In this document: in pieces, positions 40,118-49,529 of the stretch
Layout: every line of letters begins with the position of its first letter
How positions within the stretch are numbered: the first letter of the stretch is position 1
Assembly (NCBI GenBank): GCA_019057795.1
Contig: JAHLWS010000042.1
Span: forward strand, 1 to 64,000
Length of the DNA: 64,000 nucleotides
DNA from: Promethearchaeota archaeon
GTDB lineage: Archaea; Asgardarchaeota; Lokiarchaeia; Sigyniarchaeales; SOKP01
Direction: 5' to 3'
The notes under the pieces: model-generated
Seen by the model: the letters and a program-made list of their open reading frames with translations, nothing else
Told to the model about the DNA's origin: nothing
Databases searched by the model: none
Position numbers and translations under genes: made by a program

Positions 40118-41953
40118 TTAATATAAATCCTTAATAACAAAATCTAAATTGAGATCTGTTAATGTTTCTTTGAGAGGATAACCCGTTTCAGGATTCCAAC
40201 CCATCTTTTCACAATATCCTTTGTAATCCTCTAAATAATCTACAGTTACTGTTCTTTCAGGTAATTTATTCTTAATGATATCTATTCCTTCTCGTAGCGT
40301 GAATGCTTGTCTCAAAGTTTGAATTCTTTGACCTGTTTTAATCGCTTCGTCGATGTCTAATTCCCATCCAACAACAGCTTTAACTAATTCTAATAGAGGA
40401 TATTTCTGAAAAATATATGCAAATTCACATAGTCCAAGACTATTAGTATATTGCATTATCGCAGTAAAAAGCTTTTCAGCTTCACTTCTATCATCGCCAG
40501 GACGCTTAAATTTTCTTGGTAATGTTAATCCTTCGAATAATCCATTTGGTTTAACTATCGGCCCCATTACAAAAAAATCCAAACTTGCTGTAGTATGTCT
40601 ACCTGGCGTTGGATCGTAAGCGAAAGTAGTACCCATGTTTTTATAATATTTTGGTGAATGCATACCTAATTCTTGGCCTAAGGAGTGCATAGCGTATTCC
40701 GATCCTCTCCCTAATTTTTCTGCTGCTATTTTAGAACCATCTGCCAGTAAATCACCAATTCCTTCCCTATTTATCATTTTATTTAGTAGCGTAATTATAG
40801 ATTCTGAATTTCCCTAAGTCAATTCGAGTCCATCTGTATCATCCTTAGAAATTAAATTGTTTTCGTAACATTCGATTGCAAATGCAATCGTCGCCCCAGC
40901 AGAAATTGTATCTATTCCAGCTCGATTACATATGTCGTTAGCTTTAAAAATTGACATGAGATCGTCGTTAAGCAATAAGTGCCCAAAACTGGAACAAGTC
41001 TCATATTCAGGACGATGAGTCTCTTCTAAATCTACTTCCGGAACTTTCATTATCGCACCACACTGCACTGGGCATGAGAAGCATCCGTAGGGTTTTTCTT
41101 TATATTTATCTATTTCATTACCAGAAATTTTAGTCAATTTATCATCTGGAAAATCTTCTTTAGTACCTCCCCAATTTTTGCAAGGAGTATCCCCTATTTT
41201 AAATAAAATTTCATTTCCCATTGTAGTTCCTAATGTTTTATACCCTAAAATTCCAGCTGCTGTAGAAGTATTAATTCCATTATTATAATCTTTTGTATGT
41301 TGAATAAGAGCATCTTTATCGGAGACAGTAATTTTTTTTCCTCCCTTAAGAACAATTGCTTTAAGTTTTTTGGAACCCATAACAGCTCCAAATCCAGATC
41401 TCCCTGCAACCCTAGCTTTATCATTAACAATTCCAGATATTAAACTTAAATTTTCTCCTGCCTGACCAATACTAGCAATTTGAACGCTTCCATGCTTTTC
41501 TTTTAGTTTATCTTCGGTTTGCACAACATCTAAACCCCATAAATCTGAAGCATCTAAAATTTGCTTATCATCTTCCAAAATTGTTATGTATTTTGGACTG
41601 TTAGCCATACCTTTAATTAAAATTGCATCATACCCACATTTCTTAATTTCTGGACCAAAATAACCTCCACAATTTGAGTCGCCCCAAGTTTTTGTTAGCG
41701 GTGATTTACCCGCAACCATGAAGCGTCCTGTTAAAGGCGCTACTGTTCCAGTTAATAGTCCAGGAAAAAATCCAAATACAGATTCTGGACTGAGAGCATC
41801 TGTTTTTGGAGGTACATTTTCATAAATGAGTTTGGCTGCCAACCCAATACCGCCTAAATATTGTCGATATAACTCTTCTTGTACATCTTCTTCCTTAAAA
41901 GTCCCATCAGTAAGATTTACCCATAATACTTTTCCCATATAACCATTTGGCAT
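40118..41953 (-). pseudogene. aor: Aldehyde:ferredoxin oxidoreductase family gene interrupted by an in-frame TAG (40814-40816)
   Basis: The two listed ORFs share one frame: ...DGLELT*GNSES..MINREGIGDLLADG. The stop falls at the Trp of the usual L-x-W-G-[ND] motif (TGG>TAG). Confidence 0.75.
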
Positions 41954-42069
41954 TCTTATTAACTCTTTTTAAAAATTTGTAATAAATTCATATACAATTA
42001 TTAAATATAATAAATGCTAAGAAAGTTTAAAAACATTATAAAACAGAATTTGAAAATTTTTAATCTGAG

Positions 42070-42354
42070 ATGTCTGATTTAAAAAAGAAATTCATTATTA
42101 TGCATTTGGATGATAATTGCGCTACGGCTTTAATAGATATTTCTAAAGACACTGAATTAAGAACAAACGAAATTTTCATAAGAATAAATCAAAATATTCC
42201 GATGGGGCATAAATTCTCACTGAAAGATATTAATAAAGGAGAATTAATAAAAAAATACGGTCAAATTATTGGTATAACTACTCAAGATATAAAAACGGGT
42301 GATTGGATTCACACACACAATCTAAAAAGTTACTATTTGGAGGTGGCTAAATAA
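42070..42354 (+). CDS. UxaA/GarD-family dehydratase small subunit (SAF domain)
   Basis: DNCATAL, IPMGHKFS, IKKYGQIIG, GDWIHTHN. Confidence 0.88.
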   Translation: MSDLKKKFIIMHLDDNCATALIDISKDTELRTNEIFIRINQNIPMGHKFSLKDINKGELIKKYGQIIGITTQDIKTGDWIHTHNLKSYYLEVAK

Positions 42355-43538
42355 TAACCGAAGAATTCTTTGGTTACCAAAGACCTAAAGGAAAAGTAGG
42401 CATTCGTAACAAAGTAGCTGTTATATCTTCAGTAGTATGCGTTAATCACGTCACACAACAAATTGCGAAACAAATTGAAAATGCGGTAGCTATAACGCAC
42501 CCTCTAGGTTGTGGTCAATTTGGTCCAGACTTTAATTATACAGTTCGAACTTTATCTGGTTTAGGAATAAACCCAAATATTTATGGGGTTATTGTGGTTG
42601 GTTTAGGTTGTGAGAATATCACCAGTAAATTATTGGCAAGAAAAATTAAACAATCAAAAAAACCAGTGGAATTCTTTGATGTCCAAGACATTCAAGGAGG
42701 AACAACCGCAGCAATAGAAAAAGGCATCAAAATTGGAAAAAACATGTCAGAAGCTGCAAAAGAATTAAAACGAGAACCGTTCGACTTCTTTCACTTAGTA
42801 TTAGGTTTAGAATGTGGGAGTTCTGACTCAATTTCTGGAATATCTGCAAATCCTTCTTTGGGAATGATTTCAGATAAGGTCGTAAAATTAGGAGGCACAT
42901 CTATTCTTCCTGAATTTACAGAATGGATAGGTACAGAACATTTGTTAATTGAAAGAGCAGTAAATAAAGATGTAGCTGAAAAAATCCATTCCACTTTAAA
43001 TCGATTTCTAGAAGGAACTAGAAGACTCGGAATAGATTTCCGAGGAATTCAACCAACACCTGGAAATATAAAGGGTGGATTAACTACAATTGAGGAAAAA
43101 TCATTAGGTACTATCGCCAAAGCAGGAAAGGCACCTATCCAAGGATTATTAGAATATTCGGAGGGGGTAAAAGGAAGGGGTTTGTGGTTAATGATTGAAC
43201 CTGGATTAGATATAGAATCAATGACGGGGCTTGCTGCTGCGGGAGCACAGGTAATTATTATGACAACAGGTCGAGGAAGTCCATGTGGGAATCCAGTTGC
43301 CCCTGTAATTAAAGTTTGTGGGAATAAACGAAGTTGTGAATGGATGGCAGGAAATATCGATATTGACGCGAGTAAGATTTTTACGGAAAATAAAAATGTT
43401 GAGAATATTGCTCAAGTACTATGGACTAAACTAAAATCAACTTGTAACGGGGAAAGAACTTTCGCTGAAATTCTAGGTTTTGAAGATTTGGCAATTTTGA
43501 GAGCAAATACAATCCTTTCAACAATGTATCAGCTATAG
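42354..43538 (+). CDS. uxaA: UxaA/GarD-family (altronate/galactarate/sulfolactate-type) dehydratase large subunit; probable ATA start
   Basis: The in-frame upstream segment encodes FFGYQRPKGKVGIRN..SSVVC..HPLGCGQ; also GLGCE, ECGSSD, GNIKGGLTTIEEKSLG, TTGRG. In-frame TAA at 42348-42350. Confidence 0.85.
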   Translation: MTEEFFGYQRPKGKVGIRNKVAVISSVVCVNHVTQQIAKQIENAVAITHPLGCGQFGPDFNYTVRTLSGLGINPNIYGVIVVGLGCENITSKLLARKIKQSKKPVEFFDVQDIQGGTTAAIEKGIKIGKNMSEAAKELKREPFDFFHLVLGLECGSSDSISGISANPSLGMISDKVVKLGGTSILPEFTEWIGTEHLLIERAVNKDVAEKIHSTLNRFLEGTRRLGIDFRGIQPTPGNIKGGLTTIEEKSLGTIAKAGKAPIQGLLEYSEGVKGRGLWLMIEPGLDIESMTGLAAAGAQVIIMTTGRGSPCGNPVAPVIKVCGNKRSCEWMAGNIDIDASKIFTENKNVENIAQVLWTKLKSTCNGERTFAEILGFEDLAILRANTILSTMYQL

Positions 43539-43690
43539 ATTTTACGCAAAACTAATAACCCTTTTTGAATTTAACATAAAATGCATTTAGATTTTTATGA
43601 TCTACGATTTTCCAGTCGAAACTAAGTAAGTTTTTTTTTGTAAAGAAAATTTTCCAAAAAAGTTTATAACAATATCTTTTTTCTGATTAT

Positions 43691-44296
43691 TTGGTGATTT
43701 TGATAATAATAAATAAATATATCTCAGAAAAAGAACTTTCACTAATTTTTAACTTGTTAAAACATCCATTGCGGAGAGGGATTCTTAAACAACTATCTAA
43801 AAGTCCACAAGCTTACTCACAGATTTTGAAAAATCTTAATATTCCGGAAAGTAGTATTTTAAACTATCACTTAAGAGAAATGGACGATTTACTGATTAAA
43901 AAAGATGTTAATGGAAAATATATATTAAATGAAATCGGTGAAATTTGTTTGCAACTTATAGTTAAAGTCAAGGAAAAGGAGGATATTCATAGTTTCAATA
44001 AACTTCAGCTAGTGTTAGAAAAATTAAAATCAACAATATTTGTGATTCAAATAGTATTCTTGCCACTCGTAGTTATTTTAGTATTAGAACTTTACTTGTT
44101 AAATATTATTGATTTTGGATCTATTCTTGGAATTTTTACTTCAGGCGCAATTTTTAGTACAGTATTAGGAGCTGGCATTATCTTGAGTAATAAAGAATCG
44201 GGCAGTAAATTAGAAAAGAAAGAGAAATTAGGAACTTATTCCATATTATTTGCCATTTATGTACTTGTTCTAACAATAGTCAAACTAATATGGTAA
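43691..44296 (+). CDS. Winged-helix (ArsR-like) transcription regulator with C-terminal TM helices
   Basis: LKHPLRRGILKQL..LNYHLREM..GKYILNEIG, followed by three hydrophobic segments. Confidence 0.75.
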   Translation: MVILIIINKYISEKELSLIFNLLKHPLRRGILKQLSKSPQAYSQILKNLNIPESSILNYHLREMDDLLIKKDVNGKYILNEIGEICLQLIVKVKEKEDIHSFNKLQLVLEKLKSTIFVIQIVFLPLVVILVLELYLLNIIDFGSILGIFTSGAIFSTVLGAGIILSNKESGSKLEKKEKLGTYSILFAIYVLVLTIVKLIW

Positions 44297-44358
44297 TTAG
44301 CTATTCGTTATATTACAATATAGGATTATTAAATCAAGCCAATAATCTTATTCTAAAA

Positions 44359-45663
44359 TTAAATGAATGGATTCTTATCTCTGAATATTTTTTCTTTATA
44401 TTCTTTTAACGAAGGAGGACAAAGCTCTTTTTCTGTAGCTTCTTTTTTAAGTGTTTTCATGATTTCTGCTAACTCAACTCCCACAGGACACCAGTTAGTA
44501 CAATTTTCGCAGCTTGTACATAAGAATAAACCATCTTTAACAGCAGCTTCGATTCCATTATGAATATAATCTCGAACGATATTTATTGCTCCAATACCGT
44601 ATTTTGACGCATAGATATTACCAAATGCTCGAGAAGCTGTGCATACATAATCACAACTTTTGCATGCGATACATTTTAAAATATCTTTATAAAATAGATT
44701 TTCTTTTGCCGCTTTAATTCTCCAGTCATCTACAAATATTACAACTACTTCTTTCGCACCATACATACCAAATACGCGTTTTCCTTGAATATCGGAAGTA
44801 TTTGATGCCGCAGATATAAAACTAATGTAAGCTCCATCTACACTATTTATTCTCTCATGTATTTTAGCTACAATTAGAGCATCAAAAACATTTGGAACGA
44901 TTTTTTGTATTCCTACTACAACGATGTGTTTCTCAGTCGCCCTAGTTAAGAGACTAATATTTCCTTCGTTCTCAATTAGAACGATAGAACCATCATTTGC
45001 AGCAATTACATTAGCTGATGTAAGAGAAACTTTTACATCGTTAAGTAATTCAGGACGATAATTCTTCCGGTAATAGGCTACTATCGCTTCTGCTTTCTCC
45101 TCTACATCTATTCCATACTTTTCTTTCATTTTTGCGACGATTTCTTTTTCAGTAAATTGGACTCCAGGAGCTAAGGTGAAACTTGGATATTTGTAATCAA
45201 ATAGTTGACAAAGAACATCGCCTAAATCCGTTTCTTTAATTTCTATATTATTATTCTTTAAAACATCAATTATTCCTATATCCTTTGCTTCCAAAGATTT
45301 TGATTTGTATAAAACTTTATTATCTCCTAACTCTTCCATAAAGATTTTTTGAGCTTCTTCGTTTGTTTTGGCATAATAAACCTTAAATTTATTAGTCTTA
45401 CGCATCACATCTATGCATTTTTTTACATATTCCTCAATATTTTCAACGAAATCTTCACGTATTTTGGTAAGATGTTCTTTGTGTTCTTCAACAAATTCTC
45501 TACTAGTATCTTCGTAAAGATATCGTAAATCGAAGGAGCGATACTTACCTAAGCTTGCTAACTTCCAAATGTCTCCAAACTTACTGTAGATTGAATCTTT
45601 ATCGTTTAATTGTTCTATTTTTTCTTTTACTTCTTCATATAGCTCTTTTCCTTTCTCACTCAT
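44359..45663 (-). CDS. LUD-domain 4Fe-4S protein (LutB-like)
   Basis: KSKS, ETDLGD, ENEGN, CIACKSCDYVC, CTSCENCTNWCPV. Confidence 0.85.
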   Translation of the reverse strand: MSEKGKELYEEVKEKIEQLNDKDSIYSKFGDIWKLASLGKYRSFDLRYLYEDTSREFVEEHKEHLTKIREDFVENIEEYVKKCIDVMRKTNKFKVYYAKTNEEAQKIFMEELGDNKVLYKSKSLEAKDIGIIDVLKNNNIEIKETDLGDVLCQLFDYKYPSFTLAPGVQFTEKEIVAKMKEKYGIDVEEKAEAIVAYYRKNYRPELLNDVKVSLTSANVIAANDGSIVLIENEGNISLLTRATEKHIVVVGIQKIVPNVFDALIVAKIHERINSVDGAYISFISAASNTSDIQGKRVFGMYGAKEVVVIFVDDWRIKAAKENLFYKDILKCIACKSCDYVCTASRAFGNIYASKYGIGAINIVRDYIHNGIEAAVKDGLFLCTSCENCTNWCPVGVELAEIMKTLKKEATEKELCPPSLKEYKEKIFRDKNPFI

Positions 45664-46397
45664 ATTAGTGGATCCTCTTGATTCATTACTTTGATTATAA
45701 AATCCTCAAACTTAATTACAGGTTTCCTAATATTATTTTCTTCTTGTATTCTTTTTAATGCGGTATAACAAAATGGACAAGCTGTCAACAAAGCTTTTCC
45801 TTTCCTCATTTGATTGAAAATAGATTTAGCGTTATAATCACTATTTTCTTTAAAAATGGCGTAGACACCTCCGCCAGCCCCGCAACAAATGCTATTAATT
45901 TTAGTATTTTCCATTTCAAATAATTCTATATTTTCAATTGAGTTGATAATTTCTCTTGGTTCCTCGATAATTGGTTGAATCGCATTTCGTAGATGGCAAG
46001 CATCGTAATAATTGACAGTTAATTTTTTTCCAGAATACTTTAAATTCAACTTCTTTAAATTTTCAGGTGTAGCCATAAATTGTAAAAGGTGTTTAACTTC
46101 GATGTTGAAATCAGAGCCTAAATATTGTTTATAATATCGAGTTAAGTAATTATAACAACCTGCGCAAATCGTAACAATTTTAGAAACATCATTTGATTTG
46201 AACCAATCATTTACAAATTCTACATGATTCTTTAATTCTTCGTCACTGGAAATGTGATAAGATAACGCGCCGCAACAAGGGACATCATCAAGGATTTCGT
46301 ATTCGTCGTCAAGGAATTTAATGATCTTTATTCCATTTTCGCAAGTTTCTTTATATTTTGAGCTTGATAAACACCCTAAATAAATTAACTTTCTCAT
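45660..46397 (-). CDS. CCG-domain Fe-S protein (LutA/GlpC/HdrB-like)
   Basis: YLGC, CCG, CAGC, DACH, CCGAGGG, TACPFC; ATGA overlap with the downstream gene. Confidence 0.85.
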   Translation of the reverse strand: MRKLIYLGCLSSSKYKETCENGIKIIKFLDDEYEILDDVPCCGALSYHISSDEELKNHVEFVNDWFKSNDVSKIVTICAGCYNYLTRYYKQYLGSDFNIEVKHLLQFMATPENLKKLNLKYSGKKLTVNYYDACHLRNAIQPIIEEPREIINSIENIELFEMENTKINSICCGAGGGVYAIFKENSDYNAKSIFNQMRKGKALLTACPFCYTALKRIQEENNIRKPVIKFEDFIIKVMNQEDPLI

Positions 46398-46529
46398 AAT
46401 TTAATTAACTTTTTAGTTTTAATTAAGATTTGATGTTATTTTATTTAAGAATAATTGTAGAAAGACTTAAAATAAATTAAATTGAAATATATAAAGATAA
46501 AAATATTTAAGTAAAATATCAGATAAAAA

Positions 46530-46823
46530 GTGAGTTGGTCTAAAATTCCAAAATTGTTAGAGAACGAAGAGAAGAATTTTTCATTATTCCTTAATAAAAA
46601 TAGGTGTGGCGGTTGTCAAGTCTGTGTCTATTTGTGCCCAACGGGTATTTTAGAGATGGGAGACGAGTTAAATATGAGAATTGCCTATATTCCACGCGTT
46701 AAAGAAGGGAAAGCAAAATATTGTACAGCGTGTAAGCGATGCGAATATGGATGCCCAGATTGGTGTTTATACATTTTGCAAGAAACTGAAAATGAAAATG
46801 TGGCTAATAAAGCCAAAGTATAA
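46530..46823 (+). CDS. korD: 2-oxoacid:ferredoxin oxidoreductase delta (ferredoxin) subunit
   Basis: CGGCQVCVYLCP and CTACKRCEYGCPD; first gene of the operon. Confidence 0.85.
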   Translation: MSWSKIPKLLENEEKNFSLFLNKNRCGGCQVCVYLCPTGILEMGDELNMRIAYIPRVKEGKAKYCTACKRCEYGCPDWCLYILQETENENVANKAKV

Positions 46824-46838
46824 CAAGGTGAAAAAAAA

Positions 46839-48008
46839 ATGGATATAGAAAATAGTAAAAGGTTCTTACCAGAAGGTAAACATCTAATGATGGGAAATAT
46901 AGCGATGTCCGAAGGCGCTATAGCTGCTGGTCTGAGATTCTTTGGAGGCTACCCTATCACTCCAAGCACCGAAGTAATTGAACATCTTTCTGTTAGGTTA
47001 CCACAAATTGGAGGCGTTTGTATGCAAATGGAAGACGAAATAGCATCTATTAATTCTGTAATCGGAGCTTCTTTAGTCGGAGCTAAGGCTATGACAGCAA
47101 CTTCTGGTCCTGGTCTTTGTTTAATGACCGAAACGATCTCTATGGCAGCAAATTTAGAAATCCCTTTTGTTTTTTGTGATGTTCAGCGTAATGGTCCTGG
47201 GACGGGATATGTAACAGAACCGCATCATAATGATATAGGGTTAATGCGTTTTGCGGGAAATGGTGAATTTCAAGTTATAACATTAGCACCAATGAGTTGT
47301 CAAGAATTATACGATTTAACAATTACAGCATTTAACTTTGCTGAGACATATCGTTGCCCAGTGTTTATTATGTCAGACGCCTATTTAGGACACCTTCATG
47401 AAGTAGTTAATATACCAAAGCAAGAAGAAGTGTTAAAGAGAGTAATCGACCGCGAATTACCGAATGATATTACCAAAAAGTTTTCTTATAAAGACGAGAA
47501 TCTTGGGAAATATGTTATCCCTAAACCGCCGGTTATGGGTACTGATTATTGTCCAGGAATGTTCCTTTCTCAACCTCACAATTACGAAGGTTTACCGACC
47601 CCTAAACCACTTAAATTTATAGAAATGATGATTGATAAAATAACTAGCAATTTAGATAAAATTTCCCTAACAGAATCATATAAATTGGACGATGCTGAAA
47701 TTATTATAATTGCTTATGGTCTACCTGTTAGAACTAGTTATCGTGCGGTTGATTTAGCACGGAAAGAAGGAATAAAGGTTGGAATTTTTAGACTTATAAC
47801 AATCTGGCCTTTTCCAGACGAGAAAGTTAAAGAAACCGTTAAGGATGCTAAAGCGGTTATAGTTCCTGAGTTGAATTACATGGGAGTTATAGCAGAACAG
47901 GTCGAACGGGTAACCAAGCTTAACACGCCAGTTATTAGAATTCCAAATGCATGTGAAATTCATCATCCACATGACATTTTAAAAGTTATTAAGGAGGTGG
48001 CTAATTAA
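46839..48008 (+). CDS. korA: 2-oxoacid:ferredoxin oxidoreductase alpha subunit
   Basis: GYPITPSTE, QMEDEIAS, TATSGPG, VQRNGPGTG. Substrate specificity not determined. Confidence 0.9.
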   Translation: MDIENSKRFLPEGKHLMMGNIAMSEGAIAAGLRFFGGYPITPSTEVIEHLSVRLPQIGGVCMQMEDEIASINSVIGASLVGAKAMTATSGPGLCLMTETISMAANLEIPFVFCDVQRNGPGTGYVTEPHHNDIGLMRFAGNGEFQVITLAPMSCQELYDLTITAFNFAETYRCPVFIMSDAYLGHLHEVVNIPKQEEVLKRVIDRELPNDITKKFSYKDENLGKYVIPKPPVMGTDYCPGMFLSQPHNYEGLPTPKPLKFIEMMIDKITSNLDKISLTESYKLDDAEIIIIAYGLPVRTSYRAVDLARKEGIKVGIFRLITIWPFPDEKVKETVKDAKAVIVPELNYMGVIAEQVERVTKLNTPVIRIPNACEIHHPHDILKVIKEVAN

Positions 48009-48925
48009 TGTCGGGAATAGGACCAATGTTTCCAAACGAGAAACCAGAGAATCCTTACGTATTAGTCTCTTACGCGGGCCATTTATTGGGTAATTATTCG
48101 TCTAGGTTTTGCGCTGGATGCGGTTATGGGATCATCGGGCATATTTTTACTCGAATATTTGAAGACGATAAACTAGATCCAAAATTATACCCGTTAGTTA
48201 TCGGAATTGGTTGCTACAGTCAGATGTTATTACTAGTACATCATGCTACCCAAAAAGTTTTATCGCTTCACGGTCGTGCACCCTCATTAGCAACTGGCAT
48301 GAAAATGGCAAACCCTCAAATGAAACCTATAATATTTACAGGAGATGGCGATTGTTTAGGAATTGGAGGGAACCATTTTATACATACTTGTCGCCGAAAT
48401 ATAGATTGTGTTATATTAATATTTAATAATAGCATATACGCAATGACAGGTGGTCAAGGTGCGCCAACGACCCTGTACGGTGCTAATAGTACGACAACGC
48501 CATATAAAATGTTTGAAAATAGAAGCGATGGAGTGACACTTGCTCTTGCAGCTGGTGCAACTTACGTAGCACGAACTACTGTTGCCCATCCTCGTACTTT
48601 CATGAAATATTTCAGAAAAGCCTTAAATCATAAAGGTACTTCAGTAATTGAGCTAATCACGCCTTGTGTTACCTATTTTGGCAGAAAAAATCTGAGTAGT
48701 TTAGGATCTGAATATTTAGGAGAAAAAGGAGAAAAAATGGATACAGCAGGTAAGATGATAGAATGGATTAAGCGTAATAGCGTAAGAAAAAACCTAGCTA
48801 AATTCATGAGTGAAGAAGAATTGTTTAATAAATACATTATTGGAGAATTTAGATACGAACCAAATAAACCAGAGTACTCAGAAGAATACGCGAAAATACA
48901 AAAAATCGCAAGAGGAGGCACATAA
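48008..48925 (+). CDS. korB: 2-oxoacid:ferredoxin oxidoreductase beta subunit
   Basis: CAGCG, GIGC, HGRA, GDGD..IGGNH, NNSIYAMTGGQ (TPP binding), PCVT. Confidence 0.9.
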   Translation: MSGIGPMFPNEKPENPYVLVSYAGHLLGNYSSRFCAGCGYGIIGHIFTRIFEDDKLDPKLYPLVIGIGCYSQMLLLVHHATQKVLSLHGRAPSLATGMKMANPQMKPIIFTGDGDCLGIGGNHFIHTCRRNIDCVILIFNNSIYAMTGGQGAPTTLYGANSTTTPYKMFENRSDGVTLALAAGATYVARTTVAHPRTFMKYFRKALNHKGTSVIELITPCVTYFGRKNLSSLGSEYLGEKGEKMDTAGKMIEWIKRNSVRKNLAKFMSEEELFNKYIIGEFRYEPNKPEYSEEYAKIQKIARGGT

Positions 48926-48928
48926 TCA

Positions 48929-49528
48929 ATGGCTCGATATGAAATTCGCGTAAGTGGGTTTGGCGGGCAAGGAGTTATTACGCTCACCAAAATGATAATT
49001 ATGGCAAGTTCAATCTATGAAGGTCTCGCTGCTACGCAAACTGAGGCCTATTCGGCTTCTGCGCGTGGAGGAAAATGTTGGGGAGAAGTTGTCGTGGATT
49101 TAGATAAAAGTATTGAACTTATTGATTACCCAAAAGCTTTAAAACCGTACGATTTTTTAATAGTTTTATCTCAAGAATCTGCTAATGACATAAAAGCTAA
49201 TTTTGTTAAATCTGATGAAAACACCGGGTTCTTAGTTTGGGACCCCTCAACGATAAACAAATTTAGAGCAGCGAAAAAAATTAGTAAAACCTTGAGCATC
49301 CCCGTTCAGAAATTAGCTGTTGAAAAATTTGGTAATATAGTATTTGGAAATACAATTTTGTTTGCTGTTTTTACTGTACTTGCAGGGATATTTTCTGAAG
49401 AATCTGCTTTAGAAACGATTAAAAAGTTTGTGCCAAGTTCTACATTAGACACAAATATAGAGGCGTTTGAGCTTGGAAAGCAAGAAGCAAAAAAATTTCT
49501 TCAAAAATTAAAGGAGGAAGGTAAATAA
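48929..49528 (+). CDS. korC: 2-oxoacid:ferredoxin oxidoreductase gamma subunit
   Basis: SGFGGQGV, Y...ARGG, N..AF..G. Confidence 0.88.
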   Translation: MARYEIRVSGFGGQGVITLTKMIIMASSIYEGLAATQTEAYSASARGGKCWGEVVVDLDKSIELIDYPKALKPYDFLIVLSQESANDIKANFVKSDENTGFLVWDPSTINKFRAAKKISKTLSIPVQKLAVEKFGNIVFGNTILFAVFTVLAGIFSEESALETIKKFVPSSTLDTNIEAFELGKQEAKKFLQKLKEEGK

Positions 49529-49529
49529 A

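Noticed and set aside
40814-40816. Genome-wide TAG reassignment
   Set aside because: TAG terminates several intact genes here at their expected C-termini, no pyl genes are in the window, and the site is a one-base change from Trp.
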